Under the pieces are notes generated by a model. It worked only from the letters and a program-made list of their open reading frames with translations. It was not told the origin of the DNA and made no database searches. From an uncultured Holophagae bacterium (GTDB lineage: Bacteria > Acidobacteriota > Thermoanaerobaculia > Thermoanaerobaculales > Sulfomarinibacteraceae): DNA of 64,000 bases. The DNA lies in NCBI GenBank assembly GCA_963801995.1, contig CAWDGW010000017.1, positions 605,544-669,543 on the forward strand, given 5' to 3'. This document shows, one piece after another, positions 18,354-27,068 of this stretch. How positions within the stretch are numbered: position 1 is the stretch's first letter; each line of letters starts with the position of its first letter. Made by a program: the position numbers and the translations under genes.

Positions 18354-19736
18354 TCACCCCTGCCGCACCGCCTGCTCCACCTCATTCACTGACTTGGGGA
18401 TACCGGGGCCGAGTACTCGGGAGCCGGTGTCGGTGATCAAAATGTCGTCCTCGATCCGAACGCCGCCGAAACCGCGGAAGGCCTGGACCTTGTCGTAGCG
18501 GATGAAGTCGGCGTGCCGACCTTCGGCGCGCCAGCGGTCGATCAGGGCCGGAATGAAGTAGATCCCCGGTTCGATGGTGATCACGAAGCCGGGTTCGAGG
18601 CGGCGGGCCAGGCGAAGGGCGTTGAGCCCGAACTGGGTGGATCGGCGCTCGTCGGCGGGATAGCCCACCTCGTCGCCCAGGTCTTCCATGTCGTGGACAT
18701 CGAGCCCCAGCATGTGACCAATGCCGTGGGGAAAGAACATGGCGTGGGCCCCGGCCTCCACGGCAGCGTCCGAATCGCCCTTCATCAGTCCCACGTCCCG
18801 GAGTCCAGAGGCGATGGTCCGTGCCGCTATCAGGTGGACCTCGCGGTTGGTCACCCCGGGCGAGGATGTGGTGATGGCTGCCAGCTGAGCGGCGAGCACG
18901 ATCTCGTAGACGTCCCGCTGCTGGGGTTCGAAGTGGCCATTCACCGGGAAGGTCCTGGTGATGTCCGATGCGTACCAGCGCGGACTCTCCGCCCCGGAGT
19001 CGACGAGCAACATGTCTGCGGCAGTGAGGGGGTTGGCGTAGGACTCGTTGTGGAGCACCTCGCCGCGCACCGTGACGATCGGCGGGAATGCAAGCTGTCG
19101 ATTGGCCTCCATGGCCGGTTTCATCAACTCCGCCGCGATTTTGGCCTCGCTACGTCCCGGTCGGGTGGCGGACATGGCAGCGGCATACATTTTCGCCGTC
19201 ACATCGAGGGCGTCTTCGATCTCGGCGATTTCAGCTTCTGTCTTGACCGAACGCTGTCCAATGACCGCCCGCACCAACTCTTGGGATGCGGCTTCTGGGG
19301 TGGCGCCGGGATCGATGGCGAACAACTCCGCCAAACGGAGCATTCGAGCCGGCCGATACGGGGGCAGAAAGTGAACCACTCCACCGGACCCTCGGATCTG
19401 TTCGAGCCGAGTCTCCATATCGGCAATCGTGCCGTGGCCGTCAAAACCACCGGCCTCGGCGTAGTCACTCAGACCCGGAATCGGCCCGAACCACACCAGG
19501 TCGTCGGCCTGGCGGCGGGCCCCGTAGAGCGTCGCCTCGCCGTCGGTGCCGATGATCATGGCCATGCCCGCAGAACTCGCGCCGCCGTAGTAGAGGAAGT
19601 TCGAATCCTGGCGGAACGGATAGACGTTGTCGGCGTAGTTCCGAGACGCGTAGCCGTTGCCCAGGATCAGGATCTCGCCGTGTGGAACCGCGTCACGAAG
19701 AACTCTCCTCCGCTCGCGGGACGTATGTGCATCCAT
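18354..19736 (-). CDS. Xaa-Pro aminopeptidase / M24B family peptidase
   Basis: 460-aa ORF. M24 metal-ligand context: DSGAE...YASDITRT, HGIGHMLGLDVHD, VITIEPGIY, GGVRIEDD. Confidence 0.9.
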   Translation of the reverse strand: MDAHTSRERRRVLRDAVPHGEILILGNGYASRNYADNVYPFRQDSNFLYYGGASSAGMAMIIGTDGEATLYGARRQADDLVWFGPIPGLSDYAEAGGFDGHGTIADMETRLEQIRGSGGVVHFLPPYRPARMLRLAELFAIDPGATPEAASQELVRAVIGQRSVKTEAEIAEIEDALDVTAKMYAAAMSATRPGRSEAKIAAELMKPAMEANRQLAFPPIVTVRGEVLHNESYANPLTAADMLLVDSGAESPRWYASDITRTFPVNGHFEPQQRDVYEIVLAAQLAAITTSSPGVTNREVHLIAARTIASGLRDVGLMKGDSDAAVEAGAHAMFFPHGIGHMLGLDVHDMEDLGDEVGYPADERRSTQFGLNALRLARRLEPGFVITIEPGIYFIPALIDRWRAEGRHADFIRYDKVQAFRGFGGVRIEDDILITDTGSRVLGPGIPKSVNEVEQAVRQG

Positions 19737-19811
19737 GTGTGGCCTCCCAAGCGCGTCCGATCATTATCCATGATTTCGCTTCGGGTGTCGCTATGAAGGC
19801 TCCCACTGGCC

Positions 19812-19843
19812 ATTTCAATCTTCAATCTTCAATTTTCAATTTG
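19812..19843. repeat. heptamer micro-repeat array (TTCAATC type)
   Basis: atttcaat cttcaat cttcaat tttcaat ttg, in the divergent spacer between 19736 and 19887. Confidence 0.8.
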
Positions 19844-19886
19844 CTCCAACGGAATCACCCACCTCCACCCATCGTTGTGGTGGTAG

Positions 19887-22775
19887 ATGCCAACGAGAAC
19901 CACTCTCACGATTGCCGCACTCGCCATGGCCCTGGTCACCGGCGGGGTGCGTGCCTCCAACGAACCGGGAGATAAAGCCGTGACCAACCGACTCGCCAAG
20001 GAAAAGAGCCCCTACTTGCTGCAGCACGCCGCCAATCCGGTGGACTGGTACCCCTGGGGTGAAGAGGCCTTCGAAAAGGCCCGCAAGGAGGACAAACCGA
20101 TCTTCCTCTCCATCGGATACGCCACCTGCCACTGGTGCCACGTCATGGAGCACGAGTCCTTCGAGGACCCGGTGGTGGCCGCGCTCATGAACGAGGCGTT
20201 CGTCAACATCAAGGTCGACCGCGAGGAGCGTCCGGACGTGGACCAGGTCTACATGACGGTCTGTCAAATGCTCACGGGAAGTGGAGGATGGCCGTTGACT
20301 ATCGTGATGACCCCGGACAAAAAGCCCTTCTTCGCAGGAACCTACCTTCCCAGAGAGAGCCGGCAGGGAAGGATCGGCATGGTCGACCTGGTTCCCCGGG
20401 TTCAACAAATGTGGCAATCGGACCGGGACACGCTGCTCGAATCGGCCCAGCAGATCGTCGGCCACCTGCAGAATGCGACCACCGCCTCCAGCCAGGAAGC
20501 CCCACCCGCCGATCTTCCGAAGCTGGCATATACTCAACTCGAAGGTCGCTTCGACGCTCGCAACGGAGGTTTCGGCGAACGACCCAAATTCCCCTCCCCG
20601 CACAATCTCATCTTCCTGCTCCGCTACGGATTTGCCTCAGACCAATCAAAGGCCCTCGAGATGACCGAATACACCCTCGAGGCCATGCGACTCGGAGGCA
20701 TTTACGACCAGATCGGCTTCGGATTCCACCGTTACTCAACGGATCGCGAGTGGCTCGTGCCTCATTTCGAAAAGATGCTCTACGACCAGGCCATGCTCGT
20801 CCTGGCCTACACCGAGGCCTTTCAAGTCGCCGGAAATCCGGAGTACCGGCACACGGCCCGCGAGGTCCTGACCTATGTCCTGAGGGACATGACCTCGGCC
20901 GACGGAGGGTTCTACTCCGCCGAGGACGCCGACAGCGAGGGCGAGGAGGGGCTTTTCTATCTGTGGACCGTTGACGAAATCCGCGAGGTTCTGTCCGATC
21001 GGGACGCTGCGTGGGCCATCGATGTCTGGAACCTCTCCAAGGAGGGCAATTACCTGGACGAAGCCACCGGACGCGAGACTGGCACCAACATTCCCCACCT
21101 CCAGGAGACCCTTGATCAAGCCGCAGACCGGCTCGAGATGGACCGGAACGACTTCCGCTCCCGCTACAACGCTGTCAGAGAAACCCTCTTTGACCACCGG
21201 GAGGCCAGAATCCACCCCCTCAAGGACGACAAGGTGCTGGCCGACTGGAACGGTTTGATGGCGGCCGCGATGGCTCGAGCCGGCCAAGTGTTTGGAGAGC
21301 CTCGCTACGTTGAAGCGGCCCGCGACTCCGTTGAATTCGTCCTCACCAATATGCGGGATGGGAAGGGCCGGTTGTTTCACCGCTTCCGGGACGGCGAGGC
21401 CGCCATCGGCGCGTTCCTCGACGACTACGCATTTCTCACCTGGGCGTGCCTCGAGCTCTACGACACCACTTTCGACGTCACCTACTTGAGTCGAGCGCTC
21501 GACCTTCAGGATCGGGCCATCGAATTCTTCTGGGACGACGATCGCGGCGGCTTCTACCTCACCGCCGACGGCGCCGAGTCCCTGCTGGTGAGACCCAAGG
21601 AGGTCTACGACGGCGCCATGCCATCGGGTAACTCGGTGGCCATGGCCAACCTGATTCGGCTCGGCCGGCTCACCGGGAGGATCGAATTCAGCGACCGCGC
21701 CCGAGCCCTCGAAACCGCGTTTGGGCGCGAGTTGCGGTCGGCACCATCGGGCCACACCCACATGATCTCGGCTTCCCTGGCCGCTTCGGGGCCATCCCTG
21801 GAAATCGTGGTGGCCGGAGATCCCGGTTCCGACGACGCGCACCGCCTGATCGAAACCATCCGGTCCGCCTACCTCCCGAACGCCGTCACCCTGGTGGTGC
21901 CTGACGGTGCCGCCGGCGAGGCTGTGAGGAAGCTCGCTCCATTTACCGAGCACCACTCGTCGAGTGACGGCAAGCCGGCCGCATACGTCTGCCGGGATTT
22001 CGCCTGCAAGCTTCCCACCACCGATCCCGCCCAACTCGCAGCGCTTCTGAAAGAAGCGGCCTCAGCGATCAGGGGCGGTGGTCACAACCCGCCGGGGAGC
22101 AGTTGGCAGTTGGCAGAATTCGGCAATTCGGAATTCGGAATTCGGAAAACCGACGCCGATCGTCACCGCTTTACGGTGCTACCGCAAACTGCAAACTGCC
22201 AACTGCCAACTGAAAAACTATGCGAGCTTGGCCAGCTCCTCGGCAATGGAAGCTCGAACATCGTCGATCGCCTGCGACCCATCGACCTGGATCAGCTCGG
22301 TCCCATCCAAGGCCCCATAAAACGACGACAGCACCTCGGTCTGGGCGTGATAGTTGGCCAGCCGGTTGCGGATGGTGTCTTCCTTGTCGTCATCTCTCTG
22401 GACCAGGGGCTCGCCCGTGAGGTCGTCCATGCCCTCGACCTTTGGAGGGTTGTAGACCACGTGGTAGACCCTTCCGGACTCCGGGTGGGACCTCCTGCCA
22501 GACAGGCGCTTGACGATGTCATCGTCTGGAACCACGATCTCCACCACGGCGTCGATCGGCACTCCGGCCTCGCCCATGGCCTCTGCCTGCGCCAGCGTCC
22601 TCGGGAAGCCATCGAACAGGAAACCGTTGGCACAATCATCGGCCGTGATTCGTTCCTGCACCAACCCGATAATCACGTCGTCGGCTACCAGACCACCGGC
22701 ATCCATGGTCACCTTGGCCTTCAAACCGAGTTCGGTGCCCGCCGCGACCGCTGCCCGGAGCATGTCGCCGGTTGA
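19887..22775 (+). CDS. thioredoxin-domain protein, DUF255/YyaL-like (N-acylglucosamine-epimerase-like fold); no stop codon at the expected end
   Basis: [22 protein letters not shown]...[17 protein letters not shown]...[12 protein letters not shown] is the DUF255 signature. The family-like sequence ends near 22040 (...[20 protein letters not shown]). The frame then stays open through a repeat array and antisense adk to 22775. Confidence 0.8.
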   Translation: MPTRTTLTIAALAMALVTGGVRASNEPGDKAVTNRLAKEKSPYLLQHAANPVDWYPWGEEAFEKARKEDKPIFLSIGYATCHWCHVMEHESFEDPVVAALMNEAFVNIKVDREERPDVDQVYMTVCQMLTGSGGWPLTIVMTPDKKPFFAGTYLPRESRQGRIGMVDLVPRVQQMWQSDRDTLLESAQQIVGHLQNATTASSQEAPPADLPKLAYTQLEGRFDARNGGFGERPKFPSPHNLIFLLRYGFASDQSKALEMTEYTLEAMRLGGIYDQIGFGFHRYSTDREWLVPHFEKMLYDQAMLVLAYTEAFQVAGNPEYRHTAREVLTYVLRDMTSADGGFYSAEDADSEGEEGLFYLWTVDEIREVLSDRDAAWAIDVWNLSKEGNYLDEATGRETGTNIPHLQETLDQAADRLEMDRNDFRSRYNAVRETLFDHREARIHPLKDDKVLADWNGLMAAAMARAGQVFGEPRYVEAARDSVEFVLTNMRDGKGRLFHRFRDGEAAIGAFLDDYAFLTWACLELYDTTFDVTYLSRALDLQDRAIEFFWDDDRGGFYLTADGAESLLVRPKEVYDGAMPSGNSVAMANLIRLGRLTGRIEFSDRARALETAFGRELRSAPSGHTHMISASLAASGPSLEIVVAGDPGSDDAHRLIETIRSAYLPNAVTLVVPDGAAGEAVRKLAPFTEHHSSSDGKPAAYVCRDFACKLPTTDPAQLAALLKEAASAIRGGGHNPPGSSWQLAEFGNSEFGIRKTDADRHRFTVLPQTANCQLPTEKLCELGQLLGNGSSNIVDRLRPIDLDQLGPIQGPIKRRQHLGLGVIVGQPVADGVFLVVISLDQGLAREVVHALDLWRVVDHVVDPSGLRVGPPARQALDDVIVWNHDLHHGVDRHSGLAHGLCLRQRPREAIEQETVGTIIGRDSFLHQPDNHVVGYQTTGIHGHLGLQTEFGARRDRCPEHVAG
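22100..22212. repeat. large stem-loop built from inverted heptamer arrays between convergent genes
   Basis: cagttggcagttggcag (22100-22116) is the exact reverse complement of ctgccaactgccaactg (22196-22212). The loop carries a GAATTCG array and gcaaact repeats. Confidence 0.85.
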
Positions 22776-22862
22776 AATCTGAGGAATGCCGTACGTTTCA
22801 CAGATGGCGTGCGCTTGGGTTCCCTTGCCCGCGCCGGGTGGTCCCAACAGGATGAGTCTCAT
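22218..22862 (-). CDS. adk: adenylate kinase
   Basis: Start set at [16 protein letters not shown] (ATG 22862, GGAGG 4 nt upstream) instead of the ORF-track 22919. P-loop, STGDMLR and a long lid without Cys. Confidence 0.92.
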   Translation of the reverse strand: MRLILLGPPGAGKGTQAHAICETYGIPQISTGDMLRAAVAAGTELGLKAKVTMDAGGLVADDVIIGLVQERITADDCANGFLFDGFPRTLAQAEAMGEAGVPIDAVVEIVVPDDDIVKRLSGRRSHPESGRVYHVVYNPPKVEGMDDLTGEPLVQRDDDKEDTIRNRLANYHAQTEVLSSFYGALDGTELIQVDGSQAIDDVRASIAEELAKLA

Positions 22863-23160
22863 ATGGCCTCCAGGATTTGGTCGTCTCCGCCACGGCGGAA
22901 CGGACATCTTCCCTCGCACGATCGATGCCAGGTCGGAGCCGACCCATGGGGTCGAATCCGGCCTGATTCCGGCTTCTTCGACATCGATTTCGCCTGATTC
23001 TCCGTTTCCAGCCGGGAACCGTTCCCCGCCTGTAACGCGCTGACGATTTTTCGCTATTCTTCAGCAAACAAGCGACTTCCGAAATCGCGTCCCTGCCGAT
23101 GTCACCAATCCGTAACGCCCAGACTCACCAAAACGGCGTAAATATCCACAAATGTTATAA

Positions 23161-23174
23161 GTGAAGATTTTCAC
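23161..23174. promoter_or_regulatory. candidate operator palindrome in the apr upstream region
   Basis: GTGAA-gatt-TTCAC is a perfect 5+5 inverted repeat inside the most AT-rich part of the 590-nt adk-aprB spacer. Confidence 0.25.
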
Positions 23175-23509
23175 ATAACCTGGAGACCCCACCCTAACCC
23201 CCACCTTTTCATCCAGTTACACCACCATACCGCGGACCAGCACGATTCTCTGTTGATAGCAGATTTCATCGCGGCTCCAACCTCCGTTTGTGACCGAAGG
23301 TGTCGGTGCCGTTTCAGTAACAACAGTCATACACCCTAAGTATCCTTGCGTAGAGATACTTAAACGACAATTATTTGACTCTGCATTGCAGCTTGTGAAC
23401 CTGGGCACAAGAATTGCTTCATCGCTGACGTGTGTGGTTGAAAAGAACTGGCCCATTGCGGATGCCAGACAACAACTCGCAGCTCTGAATTGAAAGGAGG
23501 ATAGAGTTT

Positions 23510-23941
23510 ATGCCGAGTTTCGTGAACGTGGAGAAGTGTGACGGGTGTAAGGCACTGGACAAGACAGCGTGCCAGCACATCTGTCCCAACGACCTGATGG
23601 TGCTCGACAAGGAAAGTATGAAGGCCTACAACCGCGAACCTGAAATGTGCTGGGAATGCTACAACTGCGTCAAGATCTGCCCGACCCAGGCAGTCGACGT
23701 GCGTGGCTACGCTGACTTCGTGCCCATGGGCGCGTCAGTGGTCCCGCTCCGCTCCACCGACTCCATCATGTGGACCGTCAAGTTCCGCAACGGTACGGTG
23801 AAGCGCTTCAAGTTCCCCATCCGCACCACACCCGAAGGCCAAGCAGAGCCCACCGGTGGATTCAACACCGAGCCCGATCTCGAGGGTCCGGTCCTGTTCA
23901 CCGAGCCGGATTCTCTCGGCTGCGACGTGTGGATGAAGTAG
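23510..23941 (+). CDS. aprB: adenylylsulfate (APS) reductase beta subunit
   Basis: 143 aa. AGGAGG RBS. Ferredoxin-type clusters CDGCKALDKTACQHICP and CWECYNCVKICP. AprB-type tail WTVKFRNGTVKRFKFPIRTTPEG. Directly precedes aprA. Confidence 0.95.
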   Translation: MPSFVNVEKCDGCKALDKTACQHICPNDLMVLDKESMKAYNREPEMCWECYNCVKICPTQAVDVRGYADFVPMGASVVPLRSTDSIMWTVKFRNGTVKRFKFPIRTTPEGQAEPTGGFNTEPDLEGPVLFTEPDSLGCDVWMK

Positions 23942-23950
23942 GAGGGGATC

Positions 23951-25858
23951 ATGGAAAACTTTGAAACTGTCCAGGTAGAAACTGATCTTCTCATCCTTGG
24001 TGGAGGCATGGCCTCCTGCGGCGCGGCCGTCGAAGCCGCCCACTGGGCCAAGAAAAACGGCCTGAAGGTCACCCTCGTCGACAAGGCGGCGGTTGATCGT
24101 TCCGGCGCCGTGGCCATGGGCCTGTCCGCCATCAACCAGTACGTAGGTCTGAAGGACGGTCAGAACACCGTCAAGAACTACGTCGACTACGTCAGGAATG
24201 ACCTCATGGGCGTCGCTCGCGACGACCTGGTCGCCTCGATCGCTCGCCACGTTGACGGCTCGGTCCACCTCTTCGAAAAGTGGGGCCTCCCCATTTGGAC
24301 GGACGAATCGGGCGGCTACGTGCACGAGGGTCGCTGGCAGCTCATGATCAATGGCGAGTCCTACAAGGTGATCGTGGCCGAAGCCGCCAAGAACCACCTC
24401 GGGACCGACAATATCTATGAGCGCGTGTTCATCGTCGGCCCGATCATGGAAGGCGACGAGTGCAAGGGTGCCTACGGATTCTCGGTGCGCGAGAACAAGT
24501 TCTACATCTTCAAAGCCCGGTGCGTCTTCGTGGCGATGGGCGGTGCGGTCCATGTCTTCAAGCCGCGGTCCTCTGGTGAGGGTCTCGGTCGCGCCTGGTA
24601 CCCGCCGTGGAACTCCGGTTCCTCTGCCTACTTCACCCTGAAGGCCGGCTCCGAGATGACCTGCCAGGAAGTGCGCTTTATCCCGGTCCGCTTCAAGGAC
24701 GCCTACGGTCCTGTCGGTGCCTGGTTCCTGCTCTTCAAGTCTCGCGCCACCAACGCGTTCGGCGGCGAGTACATGGTGGAGCGGCGCCCCGAGCTCGACA
24801 ACTGGAAGCCCTACGGCCACGTCAAGCCAATCCCGGCGAACCTCCGGAACTGGCTCGGCATGCTGGATGTGATGGAGGGCAAGGGCCCCATCTACATGCG
24901 CACCGAAGAAGCCATCCAGAAGATCGCCGAGCAGGCCCCCGACGAGAAGGCCTTCAAGAAGAAGATGAAGGAACTCGAGAGCGAGGCCTGGGAAGACTTC
25001 CTCGACATGACCATCTCGCAGGCCATCCTGTGGGCGGCCACCAACACGCAGCCGGAGGAGAAATCCTCCGAGATCGCTGCCGCCGAGCCGTACTTCATCG
25101 GTTCCCACTCCGGCGCCTCCGGTGCCTGGGTGAGCGGTCCGGAAGACCTGGCCCCGCCGGAGTACTTCTGGGGCTACGAGAACATGTGCACCACCAAGGG
25201 CCTGTTCGCCGCCGGTGACGCCACCGGTGCGTCGTCGCACAAGTTCTCCTCGGGTTCCCACGCCGAGGGTCGGATCGCCGGCAAGGCTGCGGTTCGCTAC
25301 CTGGTGAACGAGAATCCGCCGATGCCGTCGGTGGACGACGCCACCATCGAGGCGCTCAAGGAAGCCACCCTCAAGCCGTTGGCGGTCTACGCGGAGCACA
25401 AGGACTTCACATCTCAGGAGGACGTGAACCCCAACTACATCCTGCCGAAGATGTTCATGTTCCGGCTGCAGAAGCTCATGGACGAGTATGCAGGTGGTGT
25501 GGGTTCTCAGTTCACGACGTCCAAGTTCCTGTGCGAAAGGGGCCTCGAGCTCCTCGGCATGCTCAAGGAAGACGCGGTCTACCTTGGCGCATCCGATCTC
25601 CACGAGCTGATGCGTGCATGGGAGAACATTCACCGGATGTACCAGGCCGAAGCCCACGTCCGGACAATCCTGTTCCGCGAGGAGACGCGGTGGCCGGGAT
25701 ACTACTTCCGCGCCGACTTCCCCACGCTGGACAACGAGAACTGGCTTTGCTTCGTCAACTGCAAAATGGATCCCGTCACCGAGGAATGGGAAATGCTCAA
25801 GCGACCGATCATCTCTCTGTTTTCGGATGATGCGGATCACGAGCTTCTCGGCGGCTAA
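23951..25858 (+). CDS. aprA: adenylylsulfate (APS) reductase alpha subunit
   Basis: 635 aa. FAD fold DLLILGGGMASCGAAVEAA. Flavoprotein of the fumarate-reductase/AprA family. GGAGGGG RBS. Gene order aprB-aprA. Confidence 0.96.
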   Translation: MENFETVQVETDLLILGGGMASCGAAVEAAHWAKKNGLKVTLVDKAAVDRSGAVAMGLSAINQYVGLKDGQNTVKNYVDYVRNDLMGVARDDLVASIARHVDGSVHLFEKWGLPIWTDESGGYVHEGRWQLMINGESYKVIVAEAAKNHLGTDNIYERVFIVGPIMEGDECKGAYGFSVRENKFYIFKARCVFVAMGGAVHVFKPRSSGEGLGRAWYPPWNSGSSAYFTLKAGSEMTCQEVRFIPVRFKDAYGPVGAWFLLFKSRATNAFGGEYMVERRPELDNWKPYGHVKPIPANLRNWLGMLDVMEGKGPIYMRTEEAIQKIAEQAPDEKAFKKKMKELESEAWEDFLDMTISQAILWAATNTQPEEKSSEIAAAEPYFIGSHSGASGAWVSGPEDLAPPEYFWGYENMCTTKGLFAAGDATGASSHKFSSGSHAEGRIAGKAAVRYLVNENPPMPSVDDATIEALKEATLKPLAVYAEHKDFTSQEDVNPNYILPKMFMFRLQKLMDEYAGGVGSQFTTSKFLCERGLELLGMLKEDAVYLGASDLHELMRAWENIHRMYQAEAHVRTILFREETRWPGYYFRADFPTLDNENWLCFVNCKMDPVTEEWEMLKRPIISLFSDDADHELLGG

Positions 25859-25871
25859 CTCCAACTTTTGC

Positions 25872-25908
25872 GGCACCGGGCGCAGCTGCGCCCGGTGCCC
25901 GTTTTTTT
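25872..25908 (+). terminator. rho-independent terminator after aprA
   Basis: ggcaccgggcgc-agct-gcgcccggtgcc is a perfect 12-bp stem, followed by cg and T7. Confidence 0.85.
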
Positions 25909-25940
25909 ATCCTTAATCCGAAACGATACCCTTTAACACT

Positions 25941-26265
25941 ATGCAATACACCAAAGTGTCCCCATTGCGGAGATGATCTGAAACGGTTCGAACTCCCCGA
26001 CAACACCGGCTGGGACGGGGAATTCCAACTGGCATGTTTCAACGACGAGTGCCCCTACTTCGTGCGCGGATGGCAGCACATGGAAGAGCACTATGCGGTC
26101 AAGGCGTCGTACCGTTATCGCGTCGACCCCACCACCGGCACAGCGACGCCGCTCGGGGTGTGGTCGGCGACGGCCCTCCTGGACCGCATCCTCGACGACA
26201 GCAGTGACGAATCCGAAGATTCGAACGGGGCCCCCGAGGGGTCCGACCAAGGGAGCTCTGGATGA
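25941..26265 (+). CDS. small zinc-ribbon protein with acidic tail (apparent 1-nt frameshift just after the ATG)
   Basis: Frame from 25942 reads CNTPKCPHCGDDL...LACFNDECPYFVRGWQHMEEHY... (CPxC ... CxxxC) and has no ATG/GTG/TTG before 26062. ATG at 25941 is one base out of frame. The stop overlaps the next start (ATGA). Confidence 0.5.
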
Positions 26266-27065
26266 CTCGTGCCGAAGACGCCCTCCCCGAGATTCTGAAG
26301 GGCAAACAGCAACTCTCCGAAAATGATCAATTCCCATTCACCTGCCACCCAGGCGTACCGTGTTTCAACGTCTGTTGCAGGGACGTCAACATTGTCCTGA
26401 CCCCTCTCGACGTTCTGCACCTCGCCCGTTCTCAGGGCATGAACACAAGAGATTTTCTACAGACCCACACCCTCAACCCCATCACCAAAGACCTGCTGCT
26501 TCCCATGGTGATGCTGAAAATGCGGGACGAGCCTGACAAGCGTTGTCCCTTTGTCGGCGATGAGGGATGTACGGTCTACACCGATCGGCCCTGGGCGTGC
26601 CGGATGTACCCCCTTGGCCTGGCGATCCCGCCGGCCCATGCCGGCGAGGAACCCAAACCCATCTTCTTTGTCTTCGAGGATGAACATTGCGAGGGGCGGC
26701 ATCAATCTGACGCTCGCCAATGGACCGCTCGCGAATGGATGACCGACCAGAAGATCGCCGAGCGCGACGAGCTCGAGGCCGGATTCAGAGATCTGGTTTC
26801 ACACCCCTGGTTCATCGGCGGCCGACAGCTCGATCCCAAACGGATCGAAATGTTCTACATGGCCTGTTATGACCTCGACACCTTCAGGGCCTTCATCTTC
26901 GAGTCATCGTTCCGCGACCGCTTCGAGCTGGAGCCGGAGCTTCTGGAGCGGCTCGCCGAAGACGATATGGCGCTCCTCAATTTCGCATTCCGCTGGCTTC
27001 GCTTCGCGATGTTCGGCGAACCCACAATGAAGCCGCGGCCGGAATCCGCGGCGAAAACGGAGTGA
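26262..27065 (+). CDS. YkgJ-family cysteine-cluster protein (UPF0153 / CxxCxxCC type)
   Basis: 267 aa. FTCHPGVPCFNVCC and RCPFVGDEGCTVYTDRPWACRMYP match the putative Zn/Fe-chelating domain pattern. Confidence 0.8.
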   Translation: MTRAEDALPEILKGKQQLSENDQFPFTCHPGVPCFNVCCRDVNIVLTPLDVLHLARSQGMNTRDFLQTHTLNPITKDLLLPMVMLKMRDEPDKRCPFVGDEGCTVYTDRPWACRMYPLGLAIPPAHAGEEPKPIFFVFEDEHCEGRHQSDARQWTAREWMTDQKIAERDELEAGFRDLVSHPWFIGGRQLDPKRIEMFYMACYDLDTFRAFIFESSFRDRFELEPELLERLAEDDMALLNFAFRWLRFAMFGEPTMKPRPESAAKTE

Positions 27066-27068
27066 GGC

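Noticed and set aside
22776-22919. N-terminal extension of adk (ORF track start 22919, [19 protein letters not shown]...)
   Set aside because: The conserved adenylate kinase N-terminus [14 protein letters not shown] begins at 22862, with GGAGG 4 nt upstream. The extension is Arg/Pro-rich and unsupported.
23735-25876. 713-aa ORF antisense to aprA. Similar long antisense ORFs lie at 28052-29935 (qmoB), 30600-33008 (qmoC/sat), 20736-22034, 3563-4831, 51005-52186 and 42656-side frames
   Set aside because: Long open antisense frames are expected in GC-rich coding DNA. Their composition is Arg/Gly/His/Val-rich with no motifs, whereas the sense-strand genes have unmistakable family signatures and RBS.
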